Below, piece after piece: positions 27,468 to 36,776 of a stretch of 64,000 nucleotides of DNA; position 1 is the stretch's first letter; each line of letters starts with the position of its first letter. The stretch is from an uncultured Verrucomicrobiota bacterium (GTDB lineage: Bacteria > Verrucomicrobiota > Verrucomicrobiia > Limisphaerales > SXQI01). The position numbers and the translations under genes were made by a program. The notes beneath the pieces were generated by a model. That model did not search any database and was not told the DNA's origin. It saw only the letters and a program-made list of their open reading frames with translations. The stretch lies in assembly GCA_964478815.1 (NCBI GenBank), contig CAYZKY010000007.1:14512-78511 (forward strand), written 5' to 3'.

Positions 27468-27978
27468 GAATGCCTGCCTCCTCTAACAGGGTATAGAACA
27501 ATAGGGCGGCAAGATCAATGATCTCACCTGGGGTGTCTCTGGACAAAGCCCTTGATCATGTGGGGAGCCAGAGTTCGCCCCAATGACGGCTCTGTCGGAC
27601 TTCGGCTAGAGCACCGAGTGGTGTCACCGCGCTTTACTTGTTGATCCACGCGCAGCCCTGGCTGCTTCTCCTCGATTTCGCACCGATCTCCGGCACGACA
27701 CGATGCTCTGGGCGAGCCGGAACTATGGTGTAGTTCAGCACTTCGTTCCATCTGAATTAGTGCTGTGATTGCCCCTGGAGCTTTCGCCTCGGCCGGGTCC
27801 GAGGCAATTCTATCGCGCTCGCTTGGAATGAACCGGCGTCGCTCTTTCTCTCTTGCCTTCAACTGGTCGGTCCTGCTTGCCGTAGCGCGGGTAATCGACC
27901 GTGATCCGATCTTCCAGCGCCACCTGTCCGAGGTGATTTGTCAAAGTTCTGTTCCGTGCAATTCAATGGTGCCGGCTC

Positions 27979-28608
27979 TTACCGTTCGATAAGGGGGGAT
28001 CCGTCATTCGAAACCAGTTCGCTTCGGCAATGCGCGACAATTCGCGAGAGCGGCCAGTTCCAGGTGTATTCGATGGCGGAACGGTCGCTGTAAGCCGACC
28101 ACAACAGTTCAAAGAACTGGCTGGTTTGCGCCGTCGTCAGGCCGGTCGTGTCCAGCCGCGCTTCCAGTTCTTCTTGCGCTCCCATGAGTTGCGCCTCAGC
28201 GTAAGCGCGGGCCACCGCGGACAACGCAAGGAGTTCCTCGCGCCGTTGCCGAAGCGCGCGCATCCGCAGTCGGTCGCGATCTTTCCGGGCCTGCTGCATT
28301 TGTCCTTCCAACCCGTCATCCTCGGCTCCGAGAACCCGAGCGATGGTTTAGGCCGTTTCCCAACAGTTTTCCCAGAAAGAGGCCTGGTGCGCCGGGGTCG
28401 TGTCGTCCGTAAAGCGGAACGAGCGGAGATTCTTGGCGGCAAACTGAGCGTCCACCCAGGCCAGATCGAAGCAGGCAAATTCGGCGATTGGCTTTTCTGG
28501 GAGGAACAATTCCAACTGCGTAAATTCCTGACCGCTCTGGTTGGAAGGCGGGGGTCCGATGAGCGGGCATGCCCGCCGCGCGTTCGTTCTGGCTCCATTG
28601 TCCCTCAC
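27979..28608 (-). pseudogene. family B paralog (copy 2) with in-frame TAA
   Basis: Colinear with 15943-16536 (..FDLAWVDAQFAAKNL..YTWNWPLSRIVAHC). Stop at 28348-28350 splits it into two ORFs. Confidence 0.7.
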
Positions 28609-28641
28609 TTGCCAATCCTCCGCGCTCCCTACCGTCCGCCG

Positions 28642-28893
28642 TCAATCGTCCTCCGGGAGCATCACGACGGTCGAACGGCGATCCCCCTCCGTCCGAATCC
28701 AAAATGGCCTCCCGCTTCCGGTGCGGTACGACGAAAGAAGTCGCAATCCGGCCTTCAGCGCATGCTCGTTCGCGCAGCGCGCGAGCGGTTCCAGATCGCC
28801 CCAATCCCCGGCCTGATGCCGTGCCAGGGCCGCCGCCAGTTCGTGGGAGGATATTTCTTCAAGGGCTCCAGGAGTGATCATCACCCGTCCCAT
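28642..28893 (-). CDS. small conserved plasmid-associated protein (GDWG motif)
   Basis: MGRVMITPGALEEIS..LARHQAGDWGDLEPLARCANEHALKAGLRLLSSYRT..FWIRTEGDRRSTVVMLPEDD. I recall this pattern from small ORFs next to conjugation genes. Function unknown. Confidence 0.55.
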   Translation of the reverse strand: MGRVMITPGALEEISSHELAAALARHQAGDWGDLEPLARCANEHALKAGLRLLSSYRTGSGRPFWIRTEGDRRSTVVMLPEDD

Positions 28894-29126
28894 GTCGAAG
28901 CGGCCCGGCAGCGAGAGCGCGCCAGGGTCGGGAGGTGACGACTCGGTTAACGGTGAGCAACTCCCGGCAGCCTCTGGGACTGTCTCCTGACTATGTCGAA
29001 AGACCTGACTTTGTCGCATCGAATCCTCCCGTCAGCGGTCTACCACAAACCAAGCCGGCGGACCAGACCTTCGGCGAGAGGGTGTCCTCTGTACCAAAGA
29101 TCGTCCCTTGCGCGAAGATTTACGGT

Positions 29127-30725
29127 CTTGTACGTGAAACTCGGACTATTTTCTCTCAAGGCTATTTCGTGTCGTATTCCATCTGGCTTCTCGTTCTGGC
29201 GGCAGCACTAGCGGTTCTCGCCACCTTCTACCGTCGTCGGCGGAAACCGAACGTGGCCAGCACCCATCGGCGCGGCCGTTCTCTGCGGTCCGAACTGGAA
29301 GTCGCCGATTCTCTGAAACGCCATCGAGCCGTTTCCGACCCGGGTCTCGCGTTGGGACGGCAACGCCTCCCCTCCTCCGCGGCCTATTCTCACGTCGCGT
29401 TGGCCGGAGCCACCGGCTCGGGCAAAACCATCCTGCAACGGCTCCTCATGCAATCCGTTCTGCCCTCGATTGGACAGGGGTTCGGGCACCGGGCACTCAT
29501 CTACGACGCCAAGCAAGACCTCCTTTCCCTTCTGGCGGGCCTGCGGCTCCGTGCGCCCATTCGAACCTTGAACCCACTGGATGCCCGCTCCGTCGGTTGG
29601 AATCTCGCGGCGGACATTCGGACGCCCGCGTCGGCGTTTCAGATGGCTTCGACCCTCATTCCAGATGTCAAAACCGATAACAACCCGTTCTTCTCCAATG
29701 CGGCACGTCACTTGATGGCAGGAGCCATCAATGCCCTGCTCCTCCACGCCAAGGGGCGCTGGACCTTTCGCCAGCTTCTGCTCATGATGCGGGACCCGGA
29801 CATATTACGGCCGCTCCTCGACCGCTCCGAGCAAACGCGGTTTCTACTCCAATACTTCGAGCATCCCGGCACTTTTCAAAACATCCTCTCGACCGTCCTG
29901 ACCGCCCTCGCCCCGTTCGAAGTTATTGCGGCCGCCTGGGATCGAGCCGGTGAGCAGATCAGCTTGGCCGCATGGCTGCGGGAAGAGTCCATCCTCGTCC
30001 TCGGCAACGACGAATCGAATCGGGCAGCGCTCGAAGCCATGAACCGGCTCATCTTCCGCCGCATCGGCGAACTGGTTCTGTCCCAGCCAGAACTGCCTGA
30101 ACCGAGTGCCCGGTCGCCTCGCACCTGGTTTTTTCTCGATGAAGTTCGGGAAGCGGGCAAGCTCGACAACCTCTCGCGCCTCCTGACCCAGGGGCGAAGC
30201 AAAGGGGCTGCCGTCGTGCTCGGTTTTCAGGATATGGCGGGTCTCCAGGCCGTCTACGGCAAAGAGGTGGCCAACGAATTAGTCGGACAATGCGCCACCA
30301 CCGTCATTTTGCGGCTAAACTCCCCGGACACCGCCGCTTGGGCGTCGCGCCTCATTGGTTCTCACGACCTCCTGGAGAGTCGCCATAGCCATTCCCGGAG
30401 CTATCCCTCTATCCTCCATGCCTTGCCGGGAACAGGGGCTTCGGTTTCTCATGGCGTCGCCACCCGGCCCTTGGTGCTGGAATCGGAGATCATGGATTTG
30501 CCGCTGACCTCGTTCGAGACGGGCCTCACCGCCTATGTCATCTCCCCCTGGACGGGAGTATATCGAGAGCATCTCCCTGGCGCATGGCTGAGGAGCCAAT
30601 TGCGATCCCCGGATCGCCACGTCGCAAACTTATCCCCACGCCCGGTCTCTCACCAGTACCTGCGGCCATGGAGTGCCGAGGACGACTATCTCCTGATGGA
30701 CACTCCGATGGCGGTGGCGGGATGA
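29127..30725 (+). CDS. type IV coupling protein (TraG/VirD4/TraD family)
   Basis: TM helix IWLLVLAAALAVLATF, Walker A LAGATGSGKT, Walker B-like WFFLDEVREAG, LGFQDMAGL. The start is uncertain: the ORF opens at 28935, but TTG 29127 or GTG 29169 avoid overlap with the divergent gene. Confidence 0.8.
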   Translation, partial: LVRETRTIFSQGYFVSYSIWLLVLAAALAVLATFYRRRRKPNVASTHRRGRSLRSELEVADSLKRHRAVSDPGLALGRQRLPSSAAYSHVALAGATGSGKTILQRLLMQSVLPSIGQGFGHRALIYDAKQDLLSLLAGLRLRAPIRTLNPLDARSVGWNLAADIRTPASAFQMASTLIPDVKTDNNPFFSNAARHLMAGAINALLLHAKGRWTFRQLLLMMRDPDILRPLLDRSEQTRFLLQYFEHPGTFQNILSTVLTALAPFEVIAAAWDRAGEQISLAAWLREESILVLGNDESNRAALEAMNRLIFRRIGELVLSQPELPEPSARSPRTWFFLDEVREAGKLDNLSRLLTQGRSKGAAVVLGFQDMAGLQAVYGKEVANELVGQCATTVILRLNSPDTAAWASRLIGSHDLLESRHSHSRSYPSILHALPGTGASVSHGVATRPLVLESEIMDLPLTSFETGLTAYVISPWTGVYREHLPGAWLRSQLRSPDRHVANLSPRPVSHQYLRPWSAEDDYLLMDTPMAVAG

Positions 30726-30867
30726 CCTGGCATCGGATCTCCCCGGCCGCCCCGTTCCCGGAGACGCATCGGGTAAATTCGAAATTCCACTCTGCTATAG
30801 GAGGTCCACACCCCACGCATTTGAACCTGCCAAACCGCGTTCAAGTATTGGCGGAGTCCGGTTTCCA

Positions 30868-33276
30868 GTGCTGACCCTTTCCAAACCGATCAAAGCGGGC
30901 CAGGGAGAGTACTATCTGTCTCTCGCCTCCACCGACGATTACTACTTATCCGGGCAAGAACCGTCCGGGTATTGGTTAGGCAAAGGAATTACTGCTTTGG
31001 GTTTGGAAGGCCAGGTCGACAAGGAAGCATTTCGCCATCTCCTCCGGGGGCTCTCGCCCGATGGAACGAAAAAACTAGTGCGCAATGTCGATGCGGAACG
31101 GCGGGCTGGATGGGATTTCACCTGGTCGGCTCCCAAGTCGGTTTCGGTGGCCTGGAGCCAGGCGACTCCCGCCATCCGGGAGCAGATTGAGCAATGCCTC
31201 CGCCGAGCGGTCGCCGTGGGAGTGAACCATCTCGAAGCGGTGGGTGGGTTTACCCGCCGGGGAGTGGATGGATATATTCGAGAGAGCGCGCGGCTTATGC
31301 TCGCCGCCTTTCTCCATTCCACCAGCCGGGCGCAAGACCCCCAACTCCATATCCACACCGTGCTTCTGAATATTGCCGTCCGCTCCGACGGGACGACCGG
31401 CACGGTGGAACCGCGCGAACTTTACCGGCATCAAATGGCCGCCGGCGCTCTCTTCCGTGCCGAGCTGGCCGCGCGCCTGGAAGCGGACTTGGGTCTGCGC
31501 GCCCGACGCGAAGGCCGGGCCTTCGAATTGCTCGGGGTCGATCCCGACCTTATTGCCTTCTTTTCGAAACGCCGGGCGGAAATTGAAGCCGAACTGGCTC
31601 GGCTCGGCCAGAGCGGAGCCAAGGCAGCCGAGATCGCCAATTTCGCGACCCGCCAAGTCAAGGAGGCACGGCCTCGCGAGGAGCTCTTCGCCGAATGGCA
31701 GCAAATCGGCCAGAACCATTATTGGAGTCAGAAAGAACTCTCGTGGATGCTCCACGCTCCCTTCCCTGCCCGGAGTCTGATCTGGGAAGAAACCTCCGCG
31801 AAAATGGAAGCGCTTGGCCAAGTGACTTCGACCCAAAGTCATTTTGGAGCGAGGAGCCTGCTGCAAGCGGTAGCGGAATGTGGCCAAGGCCGTGCCTTGG
31901 GTGCCGCTGTCGCGCTCCGACTGCGGGACGAGCTTTTACGGTCACCGGAACTAGTCCGATTAAGCGAGTGGCGAGGCGAGCCGCAGTTCACCACGCGAGA
32001 AGTCCTGGCGCTGGAAAAACGCATCCTCGCGACCGTGGGGGCGATGCAGGTCCGCCGCGAATCGTTGCCGGAGGAGCCAGTCGCAAAGGCGCTCATTCGC
32101 CACCCGCACCTCACCGAGGAACAGAAACTGGCTCTGTGGCATGTTTGCGCCTCACAAGGAGGAGTGAGCGTGGTCCAAGGACTGGCCGGCACCGGCAAAT
32201 CGACTCTGTTTGCCGTCGCTCGGGAAGTTTGGGAAGCCCAGGGACTCTCGGTTCACGGTGGAGCACTTTCCGGCAAAGCCGCCCAAGGCCTCGCGCACGC
32301 GACCGGCATTGCGAGCACCACCCTCCACCGTTTGCTATGGGAACTCGAGACGGGCGACCGCGTGCTCAACGCTCGGTCGGTGCTGTTGTTAGACGAAGCA
32401 TCCATGATCGGGACGCGCCAGCTCGCGAAAATCGTCGGACATTGTGCGGAAGCGGGCGCTTCGCTGATTCTCTGCGGCGATGCCCGGCAACTTCAGGCCA
32501 TCGAGCTGGGTGGGCTCTTCGCGGAGTTGTCGGATCGATGCCACGCCGCCCGCCTGACCGAGATCAAACGCCAGCGGGAGGAGTGGGCCAGGCAGGCGGT
32601 CAAGGATTTCGCCTTCGGCCGAGCCGAAGACGCGTTGTTCGCTTATCAGGCCCGCGGGCTCCTCACCGAAACGAAGCACATGGTGACCGCGACCGACCGG
32701 CTTCTGGCAGATTGGCAACGGGAAGCGCTCACCGACCTTCCGTCGAGCGTCATGCTGGCCGGCACGGTCCAGGATGTCGCCGAACTGAACCGCCGGGCGC
32801 AAGCGGAGCGGATGGAGCTTGGGCAACTCGGAACATTTGGAATCAAAGTGGGTTCGGACGTTTTTTTCCCCGGCGACCGGGTGCTCTTCACCAGGAACTC
32901 GCTGAGTCTCGGTGTTTTCAATGGTGACCTGGGAACGGTTCTTGCCGCGAGCCACGACCAAGTGACGGTTCGACTGGACGATGCCCGGGAGATCGCGATC
33001 AACGTCCAGGAGTATCCCTATGTGCGGCTCGGTTACGCCCTCACGACACACAAGGCCCAGGGCATGACGGTGGAACGCACCTACATCCTGACCAGCGGCT
33101 CGATGACGGATCGGGAAATGGCTTATGTTCAAGCCTCGCGCGCCCGCGGCGTCACGCGCTGGTACGTGAGTGACACTTTCGAAGAGGTAGCCCAACGGAT
33201 GGAACGGAGCCACCAAAAATTCGCGGCGGTCAGTTTCGCGGAAGGCCCGTCGCTCGCACTCGATCTGATCCGCTAG
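30868..33276 (+). CDS. MobF-family conjugative relaxase-helicase (TrwC/TraA-like)
   Basis: N-terminal GEYYLS..DDYYL..GYWLGKG, HSTSRAQDPQLHIHTVLLN (His cluster). C-terminal RecD-like helicase motifs GLAGTGKST, LLLDEASM, LTTHKAQGMT. Confidence 0.9.
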   Translation: MLTLSKPIKAGQGEYYLSLASTDDYYLSGQEPSGYWLGKGITALGLEGQVDKEAFRHLLRGLSPDGTKKLVRNVDAERRAGWDFTWSAPKSVSVAWSQATPAIREQIEQCLRRAVAVGVNHLEAVGGFTRRGVDGYIRESARLMLAAFLHSTSRAQDPQLHIHTVLLNIAVRSDGTTGTVEPRELYRHQMAAGALFRAELAARLEADLGLRARREGRAFELLGVDPDLIAFFSKRRAEIEAELARLGQSGAKAAEIANFATRQVKEARPREELFAEWQQIGQNHYWSQKELSWMLHAPFPARSLIWEETSAKMEALGQVTSTQSHFGARSLLQAVAECGQGRALGAAVALRLRDELLRSPELVRLSEWRGEPQFTTREVLALEKRILATVGAMQVRRESLPEEPVAKALIRHPHLTEEQKLALWHVCASQGGVSVVQGLAGTGKSTLFAVAREVWEAQGLSVHGGALSGKAAQGLAHATGIASTTLHRLLWELETGDRVLNARSVLLLDEASMIGTRQLAKIVGHCAEAGASLILCGDARQLQAIELGGLFAELSDRCHAARLTEIKRQREEWARQAVKDFAFGRAEDALFAYQARGLLTETKHMVTATDRLLADWQREALTDLPSSVMLAGTVQDVAELNRRAQAERMELGQLGTFGIKVGSDVFFPGDRVLFTRNSLSLGVFNGDLGTVLAASHDQVTVRLDDAREIAINVQEYPYVRLGYALTTHKAQGMTVERTYILTSGSMTDREMAYVQASRARGVTRWYVSDTFEEVAQRMERSHQKFAAVSFAEGPSLALDLIR

Positions 33277-33576
33277 GCTCGGCGAGGACGGCGGCGAACC
33301 CCTTTCCCGCCGTGGCGCTGGCCGTTTGTTGCCGGCTTGCTTCGTTCACTCTTCCGTTTGGAGGAGCGGGGACCGCGATTCCGCCGCTTTGGAGCCTAAA
33401 TTCCGCGAGATTGCAGAATTGCTCAGTTTCGCCTCGGTTGCGTTTTGGGAAATAGCCGCACCCTGGGTAGCCACCGGGCTAAATTGGCGGCGTGGCGGAC
33501 CCTGGAACGCTCTTAAACGGGTCGCCCATGTCGGAGAGTGTTGCACTCGAGCCGGAACGACCCGCTTGAGTGGCGT

Positions 33577-33707
33577 GCAAGAATGTATGCATGCATTCTT
33601 GCATCCATGCTATCGTGAGCTCTTTCGTGTGTGGGTTCTCGCACGAGGGCATGGACACATGCGTAGATGCACTCATTGAAGCGTGCATGCTTTCGAGCGA
33701 GCATGCA
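33577..33707. promoter_or_regulatory. cluster of ATGCAT-centred palindromes upstream of parA (candidate par operator/centromere)
   Basis: GCAAGAATGTATGCATGCATTCTTGC (33577-33602, near-perfect 26-bp palindrome), TGCATGC-N10-GCATGCA (33684-33707), and further GCATGC/CATGC copies between them. Confidence 0.5.
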
Positions 33708-33786
33708 TGGGTGATTCCCTGAAATGAAGGTCTCTTGCGCGAATTAAGGCATTCTTGTATGACCGATACTGGAGGCTTGGGAAACA

Positions 33787-34440
33787 ATGCGGATCGCGGT
33801 GGTAAACTCGAAGGGAGGCGTGGGGAAATCGACCATCGCGGTGCATCTCGCCGTTTGGCTCCAGGAACAGGGGCGCACCGTTCAACTGGTGGACGCCGAC
33901 GTCCAAGGGTCATCTTCCGGCTGGCTCAGCGAGGCCTCTTCGGGAATCGCTATTGCCCGGTTGCAGACGGCGGATGACATCCTGGAGCAACTTCCGGCGC
34001 TCGCAGCCACGGTCGACGATGTGGTGATCGACGGGCCGGGGGGATTGTCCGAAGTCAGCCGGAGCATTCTCTTCGTGGCGGACTACGCACTCCTGCCCTG
34101 CGGTCCCTCCGTCTTGGACCTTCGCGCCGCCAGTGATGCCATCAAAGTCCTGCGCCAAGCCCAGGCCATCCGGCAGGGGCCGCCCGAAGCCGTGTTTGTC
34201 CCCAACAAGCTGCAAGTCGGGCACCGGCTCAGCCGGGAGTTTCTGGAAACCGCGCGGACACTGGACATCCGAGCTTCAAGCGGCCTCCGACTGCTCAAAG
34301 CCTACGCCGATGCCGCCGGGCAGGGGACGGTGGTCTGGAAAATGCCGCGCGAAGGGGAGGCGGCGGCGGAGATTCAATCCCTGTTTAAGGAGCTATTTGC
34401 CCATGAGACGATCGATGAACGACGCGTTGCGAACGATTGA
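33787..34440 (+). CDS. parA: ParA-family partition ATPase
   Basis: MRIAVVNSKGGVGKSTIAVHLA (deviant Walker A), 217 aa. Confidence 0.9.
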   Translation: MRIAVVNSKGGVGKSTIAVHLAVWLQEQGRTVQLVDADVQGSSSGWLSEASSGIAIARLQTADDILEQLPALAATVDDVVIDGPGGLSEVSRSILFVADYALLPCGPSVLDLRAASDAIKVLRQAQAIRQGPPEAVFVPNKLQVGHRLSREFLETARTLDIRASSGLRLLKAYADAAGQGTVVWKMPREGEAAAEIQSLFKELFAHETIDERRVAND

Positions 34441-34783
34441 ACTGCCGCCGGAAGCGTTGGCGCTCATCCGGGAAGGGCGGCCGACACCCCAGGCGGTGGA
34501 GCCGTTGGTCGCAGCACCATCCGTCCTTGAGGTTCCGCCAAAAAATGAACGAACGAAGGAACCCAAGCCGGAAGAGCCTTCGGAAAAGCCCAGGAAACGG
34601 ACCACCGAACCAGAAACGCCCGTGCGTTCGTTATCGCGCTCGTTCCGGGTGCCGGAAAATTTGCTGATCGCCCTGCTGCGCGCGTCGACCGAACGCCGCA
34701 TCGCGCGCGAGGCGCCGTTCACGCAGGAGGAGATGGTCACGGAAGCCATTCGCGAGTGGCTCACGAAAAACAAGCTTCTTTGA
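34403..34783 (+). CDS. small partition/RHH-like DNA-binding protein (ParG/ParB surrogate)
   Basis: Overlaps the parA end. Acidic/Pro-rich linker, then C-terminal SFRVPENLLIALLRASTERRIAREAPFTQEEMVTEAIREWL (ribbon-helix-helix-like). The start is either 34403 or 34415. Confidence 0.55.
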   Translation: MRRSMNDALRTIELPPEALALIREGRPTPQAVEPLVAAPSVLEVPPKNERTKEPKPEEPSEKPRKRTTEPETPVRSLSRSFRVPENLLIALLRASTERRIAREAPFTQEEMVTEAIREWLTKNKLL

Positions 34784-34992
34784 GAACCGGTCCGTCCCCG
34801 AACGTGAAAGAGCCTCTGGCTCCATTCGGGGGCGTGACAAACGATCCCGTTCCCTGCTACAAGTGACTTAAACCAAGCGGGCTCGGTCTGGAACAGGGAT
34901 CGAAGCGCAGCTTTTACTCACTCGGGGCTTCTCATGGCATCATGTAATTCTTCCCTCGCTTCCACTGCGTCCGTGTGGATAGCAGGGGGGAC

Positions 34993-35300
34993 TGGGATTT
35001 CAGACACAGAATGGGGGAGGCCGAGGTTTCGAAGTCGGCAACTAACGCCGTCTCCCCAGGCCAGGGACTGGGATTTGAGACACAAAATCAGTGGGGCTCC
35101 GGCCTCCTGGGATTTGGAGCACAATGGGAGCGGGATTTGGGACACCAAACTACTGGGATTTGAAACACGGAACCCCTGGGATTTCAGACACAGATTCGGG
35201 GGGAACCACCGGGATTCGAGACACGGAAATCGCCGCAACCCGGCGAACCCATTCCGGAATTCGTCCTGCAACTTTGATCTTAAACTATTTATAAAAGGAA
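34993..35300. repeat. iteron array plus AT-rich element = candidate oriV
   Basis: Seven copies of (T)GGGATTTsrGACAC starting at ~34993, 35069, 35108, 35132, 35154, 35177 and 35211, several spaced 23 bp apart. AT-rich CTTTGATCTTAAACTATTTATAAAAGG follows at ~35272-35300, just upstream of repA. Confidence 0.75.
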
Positions 35301-35340
35301 CAACCTCGGGTGGCGGTTCTTTTTTCAGAAGGAAAAGGCC

Positions 35341-36774
35341 ATGACTTTCACATCAGACGCACCGGTCAAAGCCTCCATTCCCACGCGAAACCCCGTTTAC
35401 CGGGACGAGATGAACTTTGCCGAGTTCCCGCTGGCGTCGGTTTCCGATGTGGTGGCCGGTGGGCAGAAAACCTTGGTGTTTGGAGACACGATTGTCGATC
35501 AGTCCACGAATCAGAAAGTAGAGCGCAAACTCACCATCACCGGTTCGGACGAGTATGGACTCCCGACCCCGCTCGATGATCAGGTGATTCTGGGGCTCGT
35601 CCAACTCACCGCCAAACGGGGGTTCGCCAAACGCAAGGTGCATTTCTCCCGGCGGGAACTAATTCGGGAATTGGGCTGGCGGGATGAATCCAAATCCTAT
35701 GAGCGGGTGAAGGAATCCCTCAATCGGTGGATCGGAGTCACGCTCTACTACGAGAAGGCGTGGTGGTCGAAGGAGGACGAATCCTGGGTGGACGAATCGT
35801 TCCATATTCTGGAGCAGGTCACCATTTTCGACCGCGATCGCATCGCCCGCCGGCAGAAAACGCTGCCGGACGACCCAAACTCTGGCCTCTCGTCATTTGT
35901 CTGGAATGGCGTGGTGTTCGACAGTTTCCAGGCGGGCTACATCAAGCAATTGGATTTCGAACTCTACAAACGTTTCGCCTCGCCCATCGCCAAGCGGATG
36001 TTTCGCTTTCTGGACAAGCGCTTTCACCGCCAGGCCCATCTCGAATTCGAGCTGTGCCACTTTGCGTTCGAAAAGTTGGGGTTAAGTCGCAATTACCACG
36101 CGGGTGAGATCAAGCGGAAACTGGGGCCGGCCATCGCGGAACTGGAGGAGCATGGTGTGATCGAGAAGATGGCTTCGTCAGAGCGCTTCCGGAAGGAAGG
36201 CCCTGGCGTTTGGCGCATCCGGTTCACTCGGGCGGGAAGAAGGGAGAAGCCGAGCATCTCGCCCCATGATGAAGGGCTTCTTGCGGCGCTGACGGCGCGC
36301 GGGGTTTCGGCTAAAGTGGCCGAAGGCTTGGTGCGGGAGTTCCCGAAGGATCGGATAGAAGGAAAACTACGGTTCTTCGATTGGCTCAGCACCCGGAAGG
36401 ATACGCGGGTAGCCCGAAGCCCGGCGGGCTTTCTCGTGGAAGCGATTCGGCGCGATTTTCCGCCGCCCCGGGATTTTGTGGATGGGACGAAACCGCCCGC
36501 GTCAAAAGAAACGCCGCGGAAGGAGGCGGAACGAATCGACCCCGAAGCGGTGCGGGACGAGGCCCGTCAAGCCAAGATCGACGCATTTTGGGAAGCGCTC
36601 ACCGCGGAACAGCAAGTCGAGTTCGAACGGGAGGCTGTGGCTGCCACCGATGGCTTTCTTCACCATCGGTATCGAGAGGGCCAGAAGAGAAAGGGGCCAC
36701 TCTTCGAGGCCACGCGTAAAGCCATTCTGCATCGGGAGATCACCAGACGCCTGCCATCCAACGACGATGCGTAG
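35341..36774 (+). CDS. repA: plasmid replication initiator (RepA, 'replication initiator protein A'-type)
   Basis: ..YRDEMNFAEFPLASVSD..LTITGSDEYGLPTPLDDQVILGLVQLT..FSRRELIRELGW..YERVKESLNRW. Adjacent to the iterons. Confidence 0.8.
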   Translation: MTFTSDAPVKASIPTRNPVYRDEMNFAEFPLASVSDVVAGGQKTLVFGDTIVDQSTNQKVERKLTITGSDEYGLPTPLDDQVILGLVQLTAKRGFAKRKVHFSRRELIRELGWRDESKSYERVKESLNRWIGVTLYYEKAWWSKEDESWVDESFHILEQVTIFDRDRIARRQKTLPDDPNSGLSSFVWNGVVFDSFQAGYIKQLDFELYKRFASPIAKRMFRFLDKRFHRQAHLEFELCHFAFEKLGLSRNYHAGEIKRKLGPAIAELEEHGVIEKMASSERFRKEGPGVWRIRFTRAGRREKPSISPHDEGLLAALTARGVSAKVAEGLVREFPKDRIEGKLRFFDWLSTRKDTRVARSPAGFLVEAIRRDFPPPRDFVDGTKPPASKETPRKEAERIDPEAVRDEARQAKIDAFWEALTAEQQVEFEREAVAATDGFLHHRYREGQKRKGPLFEATRKAILHREITRRLPSNDDA

Positions 36775-36776
36775 GA

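Noticed and set aside
33326-33913. Several small overlapping ORFs rich in His, Cys and Met (for example MHACILASMLS.., MLARKHARFNECIYACVHAL..) that could be mistaken for metal-binding peptides
   Set aside because: They are generated on both strands by the repeated ATGCAT/GCATGC palindromes upstream of parA. The signal is at the DNA level (operator or centromere), not coding.
34918-35344. ORFs of 117 and 136 aa across the region upstream of repA, with periodic WDF/GI.DT peptide repeats
   Set aside because: The periodicity comes from the iteron DNA repeats. There is no start context, and ORFs appear on both strands.
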